Source of the DNA: Octopus sinensis
Lineage: Eukaryota
Assembly (NCBI RefSeq): GCF_006345805.1
Contig: NC_043011.1
Location: forward strand, 51,968,464-52,032,463
Direction: 5' to 3'
DNA length: 64,000 nucleotides
Part shown: piece after piece, positions 25,020 through 38,871 of the stretch
How the letters are laid out: each line of letters opens with the position of its first letter
How positions within the stretch are numbered: the stretch's first letter is position 1
Notes under the pieces: generated by a model
The model's input: the letters and a program-made list of their open reading frames with translations, nothing else
The model's database searches: none
What the model was told of the DNA's origin: nothing
Translations under genes and position numbers: made by a program

Positions 25020-25263
25020 CCCTTTAACTGTAGAAGTCAGATATAGCCACTCAAAATTTCATTACCTTTAACTATTGATAGCAATTTTATATAGGAATCT
25101 GTATTTTGTTGAAGAATGTTGTCATGTTTCAAACTATTTTTGTTGGGATTATGTCAAGTTTATTGAGGTAACGGTACTTGCAGAAAATACCAGTTCTATT
25201 TCTTGGTAGATATTTAACATCATTACTGGAATAACCATGAAATTTAATTTCACAGTGAAAGGG
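25020..25263. mobile_element. piggyBac-like MITE (second family)
   Basis: TTAA|CCCTTTAACTG ... CAGTGAAAGGG|TTAA. Confidence 0.8.
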
Positions 25264-26667
25264 TTAACTCAAAATATTGTAAGGTTTTTTTTTCTTTTCT
25301 GCCACTCCCACTTAGTGAATGACTGATATTGCTTTGATTCTTTCAGCAAGTATAGGAGACAACTCCAGGCTTGTTTCAGTTTTCTTATGACCTCATTAGT
25401 AAATCATAAAACTGTGGGAGAATTACCAAATAAATGTTCATGACTGGACACTGGTTGGTATAGAAAAATAAAATTATTTAAGTATTGAATGACTCCTAAT
25501 GTCATCCATTTGAAAACATAAATGTTAATACAGTTCTGTATTTAAGAGATGAGGAAGTAAATAATGTATAAACGTTAATGTTAACATATTTAATGCAAGG
25601 GGCAACAAAAAGCTAACTTGATATCTGCTTGATATAGAATGAAAGCTAAAAAAAGTTCTGCTAATGGCTCAAGGTGGTGGTGGTGGTGGTGGTGGTGGTG
25701 GCAGCTTTGTCATTGATTATAATGTAGTAACAATCATCATCATTGTTTCTACAAAAGATTTCTAGCTCCCTAACCTCAACAATCTAAAATGCTTGCAGTC
25801 TCAATGAGTTAGTTTCTCTTAATTTTGCAACCAAGATAGAATTTTCAGTGAGATCAAAGTATTCCAAAGTCCTCAAAAGTTGAACATATTAATGTCTAAA
25901 TATAGAGATCCTCCCACTCTCTCTCTCTCGCGCACACACACATTCACTTTCCAGCACCTTGCTTTCACCTCCACCACCAGTCACCATCATTCAATGATTA
26001 CCATCTTTTCAGCACTGTATTAATCCACATGAAACAGTCTTTGTCTTGGTAACTACAGCCAGTTGTGTTGCTGGGTGGTTGTGAATGGTGGAAAGAGAGA
26101 GAGAGAGTCTTTGTACAACACTGGATAATAGCAAGATCAGCAGTAGCTATAGAGGTGTGGGTAGTGTCTATAGAGATGGTGGCAGCAGTTATTTTGGTCA
26201 GAGGTGCGATTGGAAGTTACTGCTGATTACTGCTAATTAGGTGAATATTTCAAGGTGTAATGTTTAAAAGTGGTTAATTATTATAATTAAATTATATTTA
26301 AATATTCTGTGCTAGAAGGGCAATATCCGTGACATTATTTCTTCTACAATGACACAGACCAAGAAGTGGATTATGTCTACCACTCAAGGACTCAAAATGC
26401 AAAGAACTAGAACAAATGCCGCAATATATCTCATCCAACACTCTAACAATTCCGTCTTCTCTCAACCCCACAAAAGATCAAAAGTGAAGTTGAGTTCAGT
26501 AAGATATGAACTCAGAACCAGAACGAAGATCGCAAAGCATTCTATCTACAATACCTAAACTGATATTTGAATGGCAGTATCATGTCTTGACTGTTACCTA
26601 TGATCATTCTATTGTGATTGCTGCCTGCACTCAGCTTGGCTTAACTGCTGTTTGTGATGATCAGACT

Positions 26668-27052
26668 GGTCAGTCTTGTCTACAGACTACTCCTGCTGCT
26701 AGCTGTTATTAGCCTTGTCTACAGACTGCTTTCTGTGGTCAGCCTTGTCTACAGACTGCTCCAGCTGTTATCTGTGCTCAGCCTTGTCTACAGACTGTTC
26801 TTACTGCCGCCTGTGGTTAGCCTTATCTACAGACTGCTATTTGTGGTCAGTCTTGTCTATAGACTGCTCTTACTGCTCTATGGTCAGCCTTATCTACAGA
26901 CTGTTCTTACTACTGTCTGTGGTCATCCTTGTGTACAGACTGCTCCTACTGCTGTCTGTGGTCAGTCTTGCCTGCAGACTACTCTTACTACTATCTGTGG
27001 TTAGCCTTCTCTACACACTGCACCTACAGCTATCAGTGGTCAGCTTTGTCTA
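26668..27052. repeat. Minisatellite with mainly 30- and 39-bp units, about 10 copies
   Basis: Unit GTCAGCCTTGTCTACAGACTGCT(CCTACTGCT)GTCTGTG. Confidence 0.92.
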
Positions 27053-27536
27053 ACTGATGTTCTTAGTTTGGTTTAATTGCTTCTTGTGGTCAATCTATTT
27101 TTTCTAATTTCATCTTAGTCTGACAGGTTGGTCTAACTTTTGTCAGAAGATAAACTGTTTTAACAAACAGATTTTCCTAACCCTTTCAATCCACCAACCT
27201 AGAATTTGTGTTGCCTATGATTTTTGTCTGCATCCTATCAGCTCACCATTCCATTATCATGTACTTCTGTTTACCACTGTTATTTGCATACACACTTGGA
27301 AGGGGTTCAGGGTTCATAGAATTAAGCCTAGTTTTAAGACCTATTTGTACATATTTAAAGTATTCTAGATATCTGAGACAGACATACAAAGTTTAGTCAA
27401 ACAGTATCAGAAACAATTTTCTTTAGAATGAAGTTTAGACCATTTTTATAGTATATTAAATGGTGAAGTGTTTGTGTAAAACTGTAATCACTGACTTTCA
27501 GTACTTATATCTCTTAATTCTTTATATTTCTTGCAG

Positions 27537-27671
27537 ATCATTATCACTGGTTTATATTCAAGTGAAAATGACCAATCAAAGAATTTTGACCGACCAATCA
27601 AAGCAATTGCTCTTGATCCCCAGTTTTCAAAGCCAGGAAGTGGCAAACACTACATTAGTGGTGATGATAAG
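27537..27671 (+). CDS. VPS41: VPS41 exon (135 nt, phase 0-0): IIITGLYSSENDQSKNFDRPIKAIALDPQFSKPGSGKHYISGDDK
   Basis: ttgcag|ATC ... AAG|gtaag; resembles VPS41 VQVFGLYS..FD.PIK.IA..P.F. Confidence 0.93.
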
Positions 27672-29217
27672 GTAAGACTGACCATTTTGGACTTGGTTTT
27701 TTCAAATCCTCTTCTGTCCCTCATCTAATCCTATCAACATTCTGTCTGTCTGTTCTCTCTTTCTACTTGTGTCCCCTTCCACTGTCTACATCATTTGTCC
27801 CCTTCCACTGTCTACATCTTTTGTCTCCTTCAGTGTTCTCTTGTGCCCTGTATGGTCTACCACTTTCCTGCCCTGTTCAGTTGGCATCTCCTTGGTTCTT
27901 GTCCATAACTAGTACTGCTACTACTACTAATGCTACTACTACTACTACTACTACCACCATCACTCATATGAACTATTATTCCTACAATGACAGCATTGTA
28001 AACAATAACAATGGCAGCAGCCCCAACAACAACAGCAGCAGCAGCAGCATTATCAGCAACAGCAGCAGCTGTAGTAATAACAACAAAAACAGTAACACTA
28101 GCTCTAACGACATCAACAGCAGCAGTATTATCAACAACAAAACAGGAGCAGTAGTACTGGCAACAACAGTAACAACACTAACAACATCAATAGCAGCAGT
28201 ACTAACAACATCAGCAGCAGCAGCACTATCAGCAACAACAACAACAACAACACCACTGTTGGGAAACATAGCAAGGAGGAGATGAGGAGTTGGAGGTCGG
28301 AGGGCAGTTGTCTTTTCTATGCCAATCCTTCCCCCTATCAGACACAGGTGTGAAGGGACATGGAATTTCCTCTAGCATATCATATTTGCTAATTAAGACA
28401 GGTGTACCTTAATGAGAACTCTTACAACAACACTACAACTTACAATAACAGCACCACCACCACCACCTGTTAAAACTGTACTTCTAACACAAGAAATAAT
28501 AGTACGTTTGGCTCTTTCATTTATGCAATCTACTTCACAGTCTCTAATAACATCAGTAAGACTGCCTACAATATGCCTAGAAATAGCAGCCAAATATTTT
28601 GCCTTCGAGTCAAGCTCTATATGATTACTCAATCTGCTAGAAATAGCTGCCAAATCTGCCTTTAAATGACACCCCACTGTATTTAAAATAGGAATGACAC
28701 TTTTGGATAATCTAATCCTTGATAGTGCTGTGTCTGAAAATGAGATGATCCCAACTGGAACACCTTTGATCTTTGATCATAAGTCTGCTTGAGCAGAGTG
28801 ACTATCCTAGCGTTACAACCAATGCAATCTTTAATATAGTCACTACCACCAACACAAGGAGACCTCTGTGTGACCTCTTGAACTGCTAGGAAAAGCGACC
28901 AAATTCCCTTAGCTCACACTTACTATCTTAAGTTCAAAGAACACACTGGACAATGCAGCCTTAGATATTATATATATATATATATATATAAGAACACAAA
29001 TGGTTTGAGGTTTACTACTTCGATTCAATTGGATCCTGCAAATACTTACTTAATTTTTTAAAAATAACCTGAAATTTAATGATGTGCTTCTCAACCTCAT
29101 GGTTCTAGGTTCAGTCCCACTGTGTCGCATCTTGGATAAGTGTCTTCTATTATAGCCTCAGGTTGACAAAATCCCTGTAAGTGGATTTGGTAGAAGGAAA
29201 TTGAAACGAAGCCTGTC

Positions 29218-29283
<66 letters not shown>

Positions 29284-30168
29284 GCACACACACACACACG
29301 ATGGGCTTCTTTTATTAATGTGTATGTGTGGGGGGGTCTGATCACTAAGTATCCAAACTGTTGTTATTGTAACAAAGCTAAAGCATGCAGAGTGAAGCTG
29401 CTTGGCACAGATTGACCTTGAACTTCGTTGTGCATGTGCACTGAGTTTTAACATTCTAGCTCACTTTCACTGTTTACAGCAGTGCTTGGAAGGAAGGTGT
29501 GTAGCATGTGATCATCATATTGACCATGCTGAGCAGAGAATCTACTTCAAATTTTGCCAAAAGCTTGGCGATACCTGCTCAGAGGCCTATGCAAGGTTTT
29601 CAAAAAGTTTTCATCATTGTCAACACAATCAAGATCTTGTACAACTGAAGCCCGGGTGTCTCTTTGGTCAGCTGAAGGCAGTTTAGGTACAAACTTGGCA
29701 GACACGCATCTCATACCCAGATCTTCAGTGATAATGGACTGAACTGAACTGTAACTAACCTAATGATGATTTTCCCTTGCAGCTGCATGCACATCTGCAA
29801 TGCTTTTCTCAGTTTTGCGGGTTGCGGGTCTCCCAGAACATTTGCCAACATCAACATTTTTTCGGCCATCTTGGAAACATCTGAACCATTTGTACACTTG
29901 TGCGTAGCTCACACACTCCTCTCCATACACTTTCTGCAACTTTGCATAGGCCTCTGAACAGGTATTGGCATGACAACTTTATCTCTTATGGTCAATATGA
30001 CGATTACACGCTACACACCATCCTTCAAAGCACTGCTGTAAACAGTGGAAGTGAGCTTAGTGTGCATGGAAAGCAGATTTCAAGGTCAATCTCTGCCAAG
30101 TGGCTTCACTCTGTTTGCTTCAGCTTCATCACTATGGCAATAGTTCAGATACTTATTGATCAGACCTC

Positions 30169-30201
<33 letters not shown>

Positions 30202-31581
30202 GTGAAATAGAAAGATGAATAATCTTGTAGTAGATTAATCAAAAGTTTAACCGATACCTTAGTAGCAAAAATCACAGCAGTAAACAGCACGGTTGGAGGT
30301 ACAACCATCTGGCGTTGCAACCGTGCGTTGGTGCGGATAATTGAAATTAAAACATTATTGGTGAATTGAAGAAATGGAGCTGAACGCTGATTGAACAGAA
30401 ATCGTTTTATTTCATTCTACACGTGTTTCGAAAATATATATATATATAATTCAAATTTACAGAAAGCAAAAGATGAAGACAGGTGAAGGAACAACAAGCA
30501 AGTGTATTAGTTTAACGCTCAGGAAGAATATATGTGTGTGTGTCTTTGTGTCTGTGTTTGCCACACCATCACCACTTGACAACCGGTGTTGGTATGTTTA
30601 CATCCCCATAACTTAACAGATCAGCAAAAGAGACCGATGAAATAAGTACTGGACTTTAAAAAAAAGTCCTGGGGTCAATTTGTTCCACTAAAACCCTTCA
30701 AGGGGGTGCTCTAGTATGGCCATGATCAAATGACTGAAACAAGAAAAAGACTAAAACAATATATATATAATAATAAAAAGTGACAAAAGAACAAGACCTA
30801 GATATTAGATAAATAGAGGATTATTTATATATGTTATAACTTAGCAGGAGTGGCTGTGTGGTAAGTAGCTTGCTTAACAACCACATAGTTCTGGGTTCAG
30901 TCCCACTGCGTGGTACCTTGGGCAAGTGTCTTTTACTATAGCCTTGGGCCGACCAAAGCCTTGTGAGTGGATTTGGTAACAGAAGCTGAAAGAAGCTCAT
31001 CATATATGTGTGTGTGTGTGTATGTGTTTGTGTGTCCCCCACCCACCAGCATTGCTTGACAACCGGTGCTGGTGTGTTTACGTCCCCATAACTTAGCGGT
31101 TCAGCAAAAAGAATCTGATAGAATAAGTACTGGGCTTACGGAGAATAAGTCCTGGGGTCGATATGCTCGACTAAAGGTGGTGCTCCAGCATGACCACAGT
31201 CGAATGACTGAAACAAGTAAGAGAATAAAATAAGGAGCTTGCTTCACAACCACATGGTTCTTGGTTTAATCACAGTGCGTGGCACCTGGGGCATATGTCA
31301 TCTACTATATCCCCAGGCTGAAAGAAGCTCATTATATGTGTGTGAATGTGAATGTACCACTTTGTATATGTCCCACACCTCTGCTTGACAACAGGAATTG
31401 GTTTGTTTATGTCCTGGTAACTTAGTAGTTCAGCTAAAGAAACTAATAGAATACCAAACTTTATTAAAAATTAAGTATTGGGGTTGATTTGTTAATATAA
31501 ACCCTTCAAGGGGATGCCCCAGCACAGCTGCAATCCAATCTTTTACAGACACGAATCAGAGATAAAAGATATATCTATCTA

Positions 31582-31641
<60 letters not shown>

Positions 31642-34097
31642 GATGGTCATGGTTGGAAGGCCAGTGATCATAGGTTTTGCTCAGTTGGGGTTGACCTGGG
31701 GCCAAACAATAACCTTACCTTCAACTCCCCCTTCATTTACAAAACTACTTCTACCATCATACATTTATCCGGTGATGGTGATGGTGGTTGTGTGTGTGTG
31801 TATGTCTGTGTGTGTCTGTGCGTGCGTGTTTGTAGTGAGAATGGTGAAATAACAGAGGTGCAGAAGGTAGGGATGGAGTTGGGATGTATGTTTGTTTTCA
31901 GGCCTGAAGAACTAAATCAATATTGCCTACCTGATGACCAGCTGCTGTGTGGCCAGTGGGGGTGGGAGGGGCAAGGCAGTGGTAATGTGTTGATGTTAGT
32001 GCTGATGGTGGGGATGTCTGTTGGTGGTGGTGGTTGTGTTGATGGTGATGGCTGTTGTTGTCAGTATTAGTATTGATGGCAGAAGTCTATTTTCACTCAC
32101 TATCACATACATACCCTTTCTCTCTCTTTTTCTCTCACTCTCTCATTCATTCATTCACATTGTATCTCACTCTCTCATTCATTCATACTGTATTCCACTC
32201 GCTCTATATATGTAGCTTACACCCTCTTTTTCACCCTTTTTCTTACTCTCTTTAACCCTTACCCTTGGACATATTTCATTCTCTCCTTCCTTCTTTTCCT
32301 TTCTCTCTATTCCCTCCTCTCTCTCTTTCTCCCTCGTCCCTTATCTTCTTCTTAGCCCTCTCTCTCTTTCTCTCTCTCTCTCACACACACCTGTTTTCTT
32401 CCTTATTCTCTCTCTCTCTCTCACCCCATAAATCTATTCAGTATTTCTTTATAGTCCACCATCTCTCGCACCCCTCCTTGCTCAGTTGCTGGGGGGAACT
32501 TCAGCCTATCAGCCAATCAGATATCTCAGCTGCTGCTGCTAATCTCGTTGTGGTAGCAGTGGTTGCGGTAATAGTATAGGTGATGGTGTTCATGTTGATG
32601 GTATCAGTGATGGTATTGGCAGTAGTGGTGGTGGTGGTGGTGGTGGCGGCAGTTGTGTTGTTGTGATGATGATGATGATGATAGAGGTAGTATTAATCTT
32701 GTGATGGTGTGGGAATAGTGGTTAGTTATGGTTGTTGTGATGATGGGAACACAGAAAGTTGCTGCTGCTGCTGTTGCTGTGTAGCCCAGGGTCAGCCCTC
32801 ATTGGGCAAAACTGTGGTCAACGAAATTCTACTTATGACTATCCTGTGCTTTTACATATATTGATGACGATACTGTCCAATGTGTCCTCCTGTGTATTTT
32901 ATTTATTTTTTTTTTCATTTTCAAGAACGGTGGTAGGGGTTGACTGGAAGGAATTGTACTTTTCTTTCTAGCAGCTGAAGTGACCACATAGGACCTCCAT
33001 CTTTGGCCTCAAGAAAGTTGATGTAATAGATGGTGGTGGCACTGTTGGCGGTGGTGACTGCTGCAGCAGCAACAGAAGTGGTTGTGGTGGTGGCAGTGGT
33101 ATGATGGTGGCTGGTGTGGTAGTGCTGTAGATGGTGTGGGAATGACACTGAGTTACTACAGTGAGTGATGGTGCTGATGATTACAGGTAGTTATTATGGT
33201 GGAGGTGGTGGTTGTAGTGGTGATGGTGATGGCACGTGTTACAGTTTTTCATGTTGGTGGTCTTTGGTAGTGGCTAAGTCGCTGGTGATAGTTATTGAAC
33301 TGGTAGTAGAAATAGTTATTGGTACCAGCAGTGGTTGCAATGATAGTAGAGGTAAGGGTGGTTGTGGTGTTGGCACTGGTAGAGACAGTTACTATACTAG
33401 TGGTGGTGATGGTATTGATGTTGGTGATGTTTATTGTAGTAGTGATGATGGTGGTGGTGGTGGTAGTAGTGGTGTCAGTGATGATAGATAGAAATGGTTA
33501 TTGTACTGGTACCAGTATAACAGTGGTAGCGTGGCTGGTAGTGGAGGTGGTTGGTGTCGGTTTAGTTAGCTGCTGTTTTATTTGAATACTTAGTCATTTT
33601 AAAATCAATAGCAGTCAGATTGTTTCTGTTCAGCTTACCATCAACAAAAATTGTAAAGTTAGCACTAACTATCGAATACCTTCCATTGGCTTCTATATTA
33701 TTACAACACTGCATTGTACACTCCTGACTGCAACAGTGAAACAAGCTAGACAACACTTAGCATTCCAACAACATGCAACATCCTAGTGCATTTGTTTGGG
33801 GGAGGGTTTTTTTTCTTTTGTATTCTTTTTTTTTTACTCCCCACTTCTTTCCATTATTTTTTTTTTTTTTATAAATTTATTTTCCCTCTCTCACTACTCC
33901 CTTCCTCCCTTTCCACCCACCTCCCACTCCTCATGTCTTCTGTATTCTCCGAGTTGAATCTATTTGCAGTAATCTGTAACGGAATTTTTTTCTTTCCTTT
34001 TCTTTTCTTACATTTTCTTGAGAAATTGTCAGTTCCTGGTGTATTTTCTTTTTTTCTCAAGGGATGATTTTTCTATATAGTTTTTTTCATTCTTGTA

Positions 34098-34160
<63 letters not shown>

Positions 34161-37100
34161 CTTACATCGCTTCTTTCTCCTTTTTTCTCCTCCCTCACCC
34201 TCTCTCTATCTCTCTCCAATGAACAAATTGTATGAGGTATGTATAAAGAGTCTGATGTAAAACAATGTATAATAGATTACTATATAAAGTGTGTGTATGT
34301 GTGTAAGAAATGGGACATTGTAATGTGATGGAGTGTGTGCAGTGAATGAAGAGAACTAAAATCTGTGTGTGTGTGCATGTATGTTTTAGAAGTTTTATAT
34401 TTATTGTATGACAGTGGAACATATGACAGTGTATGTTGAGAAGTATGAAGGATGTGTGTGTGTCAAAATTTGATATTACTGTATAGTTATGAAACTGGAA
34501 TGGTGTGTTTAAAAGAATACATAAGAAGTTTCTAAAGTTAGTGATCTATGATCATTGAATGTAGGGATAGGACTGTATAAGTTGTGTTCTACTATGTAAG
34601 ATGTGTATATGGTAATAAAAATATGGATAGTGAGTATCAAGGACTATATGTGTTGTGTTTATTAAGTATGATGCATGTATGCAACACTGTGAAACATGCT
34701 CAGTGAATAGAGAAGAACGTGCTAAGCTGGCAAGTTGGATATAAAACATAAACTTAGAAGAATAGCTGATTTCTAGGTTGAGAAAGTAATTGAGAAGTAA
34801 AGGTATTGGCTGCTGTGTGCAGAAGAGATTGCTCCTGGGAAATAGGTCTGTCATGTTGATGGGTGATGTATTTAAAGGTAAAGAAGTGTTGGAAAGTACA
34901 TAGGATAGAGAAAGAGAGAGAGAGAGAACAAATTTCAGCCACAGAGCAATAGTGGTCTAACATTGGTTGCTCAAGTTTTAGCCACAGAGCAATAGCAGTG
35001 CCAAAACTGGCCACTCAGTTGGCCAAAGAATAATACTTGGTACTTCTTTAAATGTTTTGTCCAACGCATGCCAGCTTGAGAAAAGCAGTTGTAAAAACGA
35101 TGACATATATATATATTATCATCATTGTTATATATATATATGTGTGTGTGTGTGTATGTATATTTAATTCATGCCACCCAAGACACACCAAAACAAACAT
35201 CCCCTTCAACCTTGCAAGAAGGATATGCACAATAGTGTCAGAACAAAATACCAGAGACTTTAGACTGCAAGAACTCAATAACACCCAAATTGACAGACAC
35301 TACCCAGTTCAACTCATAGAGGATGGAATCAGACGTGCAATACAAATCGACATAGAAACCTTAAGAAAAGTTCAACACAGCAAAAAATACTGCCGTATAT
35401 ATATACATACAACCCCAGAAACAAAGAAGCCCTCACCATCATCACCCAAAATTTACCAATACTACATAAGGACCCCAAATTAAAGGAAGTTTTACACATA
35501 CATAAAATCATTAAAAGCCACAAACAACCAAAATCACTGAAAAAGATCCTCACAAAGGCAAAATTATTTTCTAAACTAATGGATGCAAAAGTGAAAAAAT
35601 GTGGTTGACCAAATTGTGCAACATGCTCAAACCTTTTAGAAGGATCAGAATTCCTTTTCAAAGAGGGACAAAAATTCAAAATCAAATCTGACTTTACTTG
35701 TGCTTCAGAAATCCTGACTTATGTTATAAGATGCTTGGGCTTCCACCAAAACTACATGGGGTTCATGGGATTATTGCTCAGATGCAGATGCACTCTGCAT
35801 CAACAGCAGATTGCATTCCCAGAATACAGAATGATACCCTTTAGTGAACATTTTGAGAAATGCGCAAAGCAATTGCTACCACAGTTTGTTACCTTCCATT
35901 CTATCAATGTGCCATTGGAACACGAACACAAGTTAGATTAAATAAGAAAACCTTCTTCATTGAAAAATATAAGCCATTTCTAGCATTTTTAAATAAGGAA
36001 ACTCACCTCATTGAAAAGAATATAAAGCAAAATCTAACCACTTGTAACATTCTATTCTTTCTAAACCAAATCATATTAAATTAATAAAACCTAGTCATTC
36101 CCAACATTTTTGTTGATTATCTCCCTTATACCGGAAAAAATCCCTGATTACCTTCCCCTGTCTGGAACTCCATATTTCACAATGTAGCAAAGACATGACA
36201 TGATATAGGTAAAGAAATTTTTGAAAAGAAAATACAAAACCGGTTATTTCTCCAAAAACAGTGTTACTATACACAAAAATTTTATAACATTTTTCTAACA
36301 TAACGATTTAAATATATTCTTTAACTATATAACACAAGCATTCTGTAGTTTTTTTCTCTCTTTTTTTGTCTTTTATACATCCAACCACATGCTTTCACAT
36401 ACCAACTCTCTTACCTATATATATATATAATATACATGTATGTGTGATGTTTTGCAAACAACTTGCATATGCAAGTGCTACCAGTCGAAAGCTCTGCATA
36501 CCAGAAGCCAAAAAGTGTATGGAGTCATAAGGAGAGAATGTGTGCTATTTAGGGGCCTACCTCTCGACAGCACCATTGCGCACTGGCCCCCTCACCAATA
36601 TGAGGCCCCTCTTGCTAGATCAACTAGTTATCAAATAAAGCTCAATATTCTTCTAGCCATTGCTCACTGTCTTTTTGTAACCAAATCCAGTGGCTAGCCT
36701 TTTCCACTGTAGTTTGAATATCGGTCATGGTGGTATTGACTTTACGATGAGTTAGGCCTAATGATAACAACAGTCACCTCACACTGTGTCTAATAAATCC
36801 TCTGCATCTGACTTTGATTGGAAAATGCTCCGCTTTCCAGCCTGCGTCTTCACCTTCCTTGAGGAAGTTTACATAACGGTCAATCTTTTGAGCCCAAGTG
36901 GTGTGCATGTTATCTTTATGAGGAACCATTAACTTGACTAGATTCACCACTTTCTTTCTTTCACACCACAGTATTTTAATTTTTTCAGCTTGTTCTTGGA
37001 GAAAAGAATTTCCTTGGTCGCTACAAGAACTACGTTTTACATAAGGGAGAAGGTCCAATCCGAAACATTAAATGGAAATCTTTTCTCATAGCCTGGGCCA

Positions 37101-38815
37101 ATGATAAGGTAAGTGGAATTTTGGAAGACATTTGATTTATATGCTGTAGTTATGTTTGCTTAAGAAGGATGCTCTGAATTCATGTGGTTTTGGGTTCAGT
37201 CCCTCTGCACAGCATCTTGGATAAGTGCTTATCAATGCTATGTGAGGGAATTTGGTTAAATAGAAATTACTGCAAGCCAATTGTCCCATTATGTATGTAT
37301 GTGTGTGTGTGTGTGTGAATATACATACATACATGTAAAAATGTAAACAAACATTTTTGCTTTGTAAGAGTAATTTACCCAGTATTTCTACTGTTCTAAC
37401 GGCAATTTTGCGTTAAAAAAAATCATCTGATTTGTATCACACATACACACACACATATGAAATAATTCTTTTTTAAAATGATAAAACTCAATGCAGATGA
37501 AGCATATAAATATTCTATTAAAATTTCTTTAGATAGAAATAGTCAAAGGCTGCCTATGGAACCAGAACCCCCATCTTCACATCTTTGCAAAAGGATTTGT
37601 AACCCAATTTTTACATGCTCTTATTTATAGCTTTATCTGCTTCAGGTTTCATTGTTCCAAAGAAAAATTATTTCACATTCTCTTGTAGTTCCTAATTTCT
37701 TATAGCGGATATATATATTTATATATATATATATATAAAACATACAAGGAGTTTTCATCAGGGCAACTCAAACATATAGGTATGCGTTCTGCATGCTCAA
37801 ATTGGTATGCCACTTAAATTCTGGTTTGACCTGCAGTAGATGTGATTTTGTGATTGCCATTCTAAACAGATAGAAGTGGCTTCTCCTTGAGCCAATAGGT
37901 ATATATTAAAGCAAAAAAGAAAAGGCAAACAGTTTGGCAAGACTTGACAAGGACATTTAATTTAGCTACATAATAAAAGGTTTAGATAGTCTCTAACAGC
38001 TTATTCTAGAATATCCCAGCTATTGGAACATCATATCGAACAAGGACTCCATAGACTGAGAAAAGTGTCGTCAGAGAGAGATAGGTTAAACATAGTAATG
38101 GTGAAAGAATATTCCTCATCAATGATAATTATTGTGATTCATTATGTCCAGAAAGGGAGAAGAAATCAAATTAAAACATATTCATTAGGTAAATTCATGA
38201 ACAGAAAGAATGGCTTGATAGTAATCCCTGGCCCTAAAAGGGGCGGGATGATCACCCCTGGAGTACATTTAGTAAGGATTGATCTTCTGTTAAATAGCAA
38301 CACCAGCCCTTTAAAGCCTAAGGAAATTTTCAAATGTTACAAAACAGATCTATCCAACCCACACTAGAATGATTAAAGAACAGTATAAACAGCGATTGAT
38401 GGTTTTAAACATACAATTGGCTGGTGGGAGTGGGGGTGATTATTGAGAGAGTGAATGAATGGGTGAAAGTTGGGAGAATGGTGGGTTGATGGTATGGAGA
38501 ATGAGGAAGAAGAGGAGGAGGAGGATTAAGATAAAGAATCTGGGGACCCCTCTACTTCTCCCTTTGCACTATTAAAGAAAATAAACATATGTTTATCTTT
38601 GTGTTTTTCTTTTCCTCCTCAGGGTGTGAAAATCTATGACATGAGTCTAGAGTGCCGCATAACCAACATTCCAAAAGATCATAGGTAAATCTTTACAATT
38701 GATTATTATTGTTGTTATTCTTATTATTATCATTATTATTTTTAGTATTATTAGTATTATTGTTCTTGTTTGTTTTTGATGTTATTTTTAAATGATTAAA
38801 AAATAAAAAGTGCTT

Positions 38816-38871
<56 letters not shown>

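Noticed and set aside
25338-25445. Candidate acceptor ttctttcag at 25346 as an upstream VPS41 exon
   Set aside because: No frame resembles the expected VNQISID...SCSDDG segment and there is no suitable donor.
26668-27052. CRISPR-like appearance of regularly spaced repeats (also the family C modules)
   Set aside because: The intervening sequences are homologous to each other rather than unique spacers, there are no cas genes and the context is eukaryotic.
30285-30330. Hairpin GCACGGTTG/CAACCGTGC as a pre-miRNA
   Set aside because: The 9-11 bp stem is too short and it lies within a repeat-like segment.
37560-37700. Minus-strand WVTNPF motif suggestive of a Buster/Charlie hAT transposase
   Set aside because: A single short motif surrounded by stops, with no other conserved blocks or TIRs identified.
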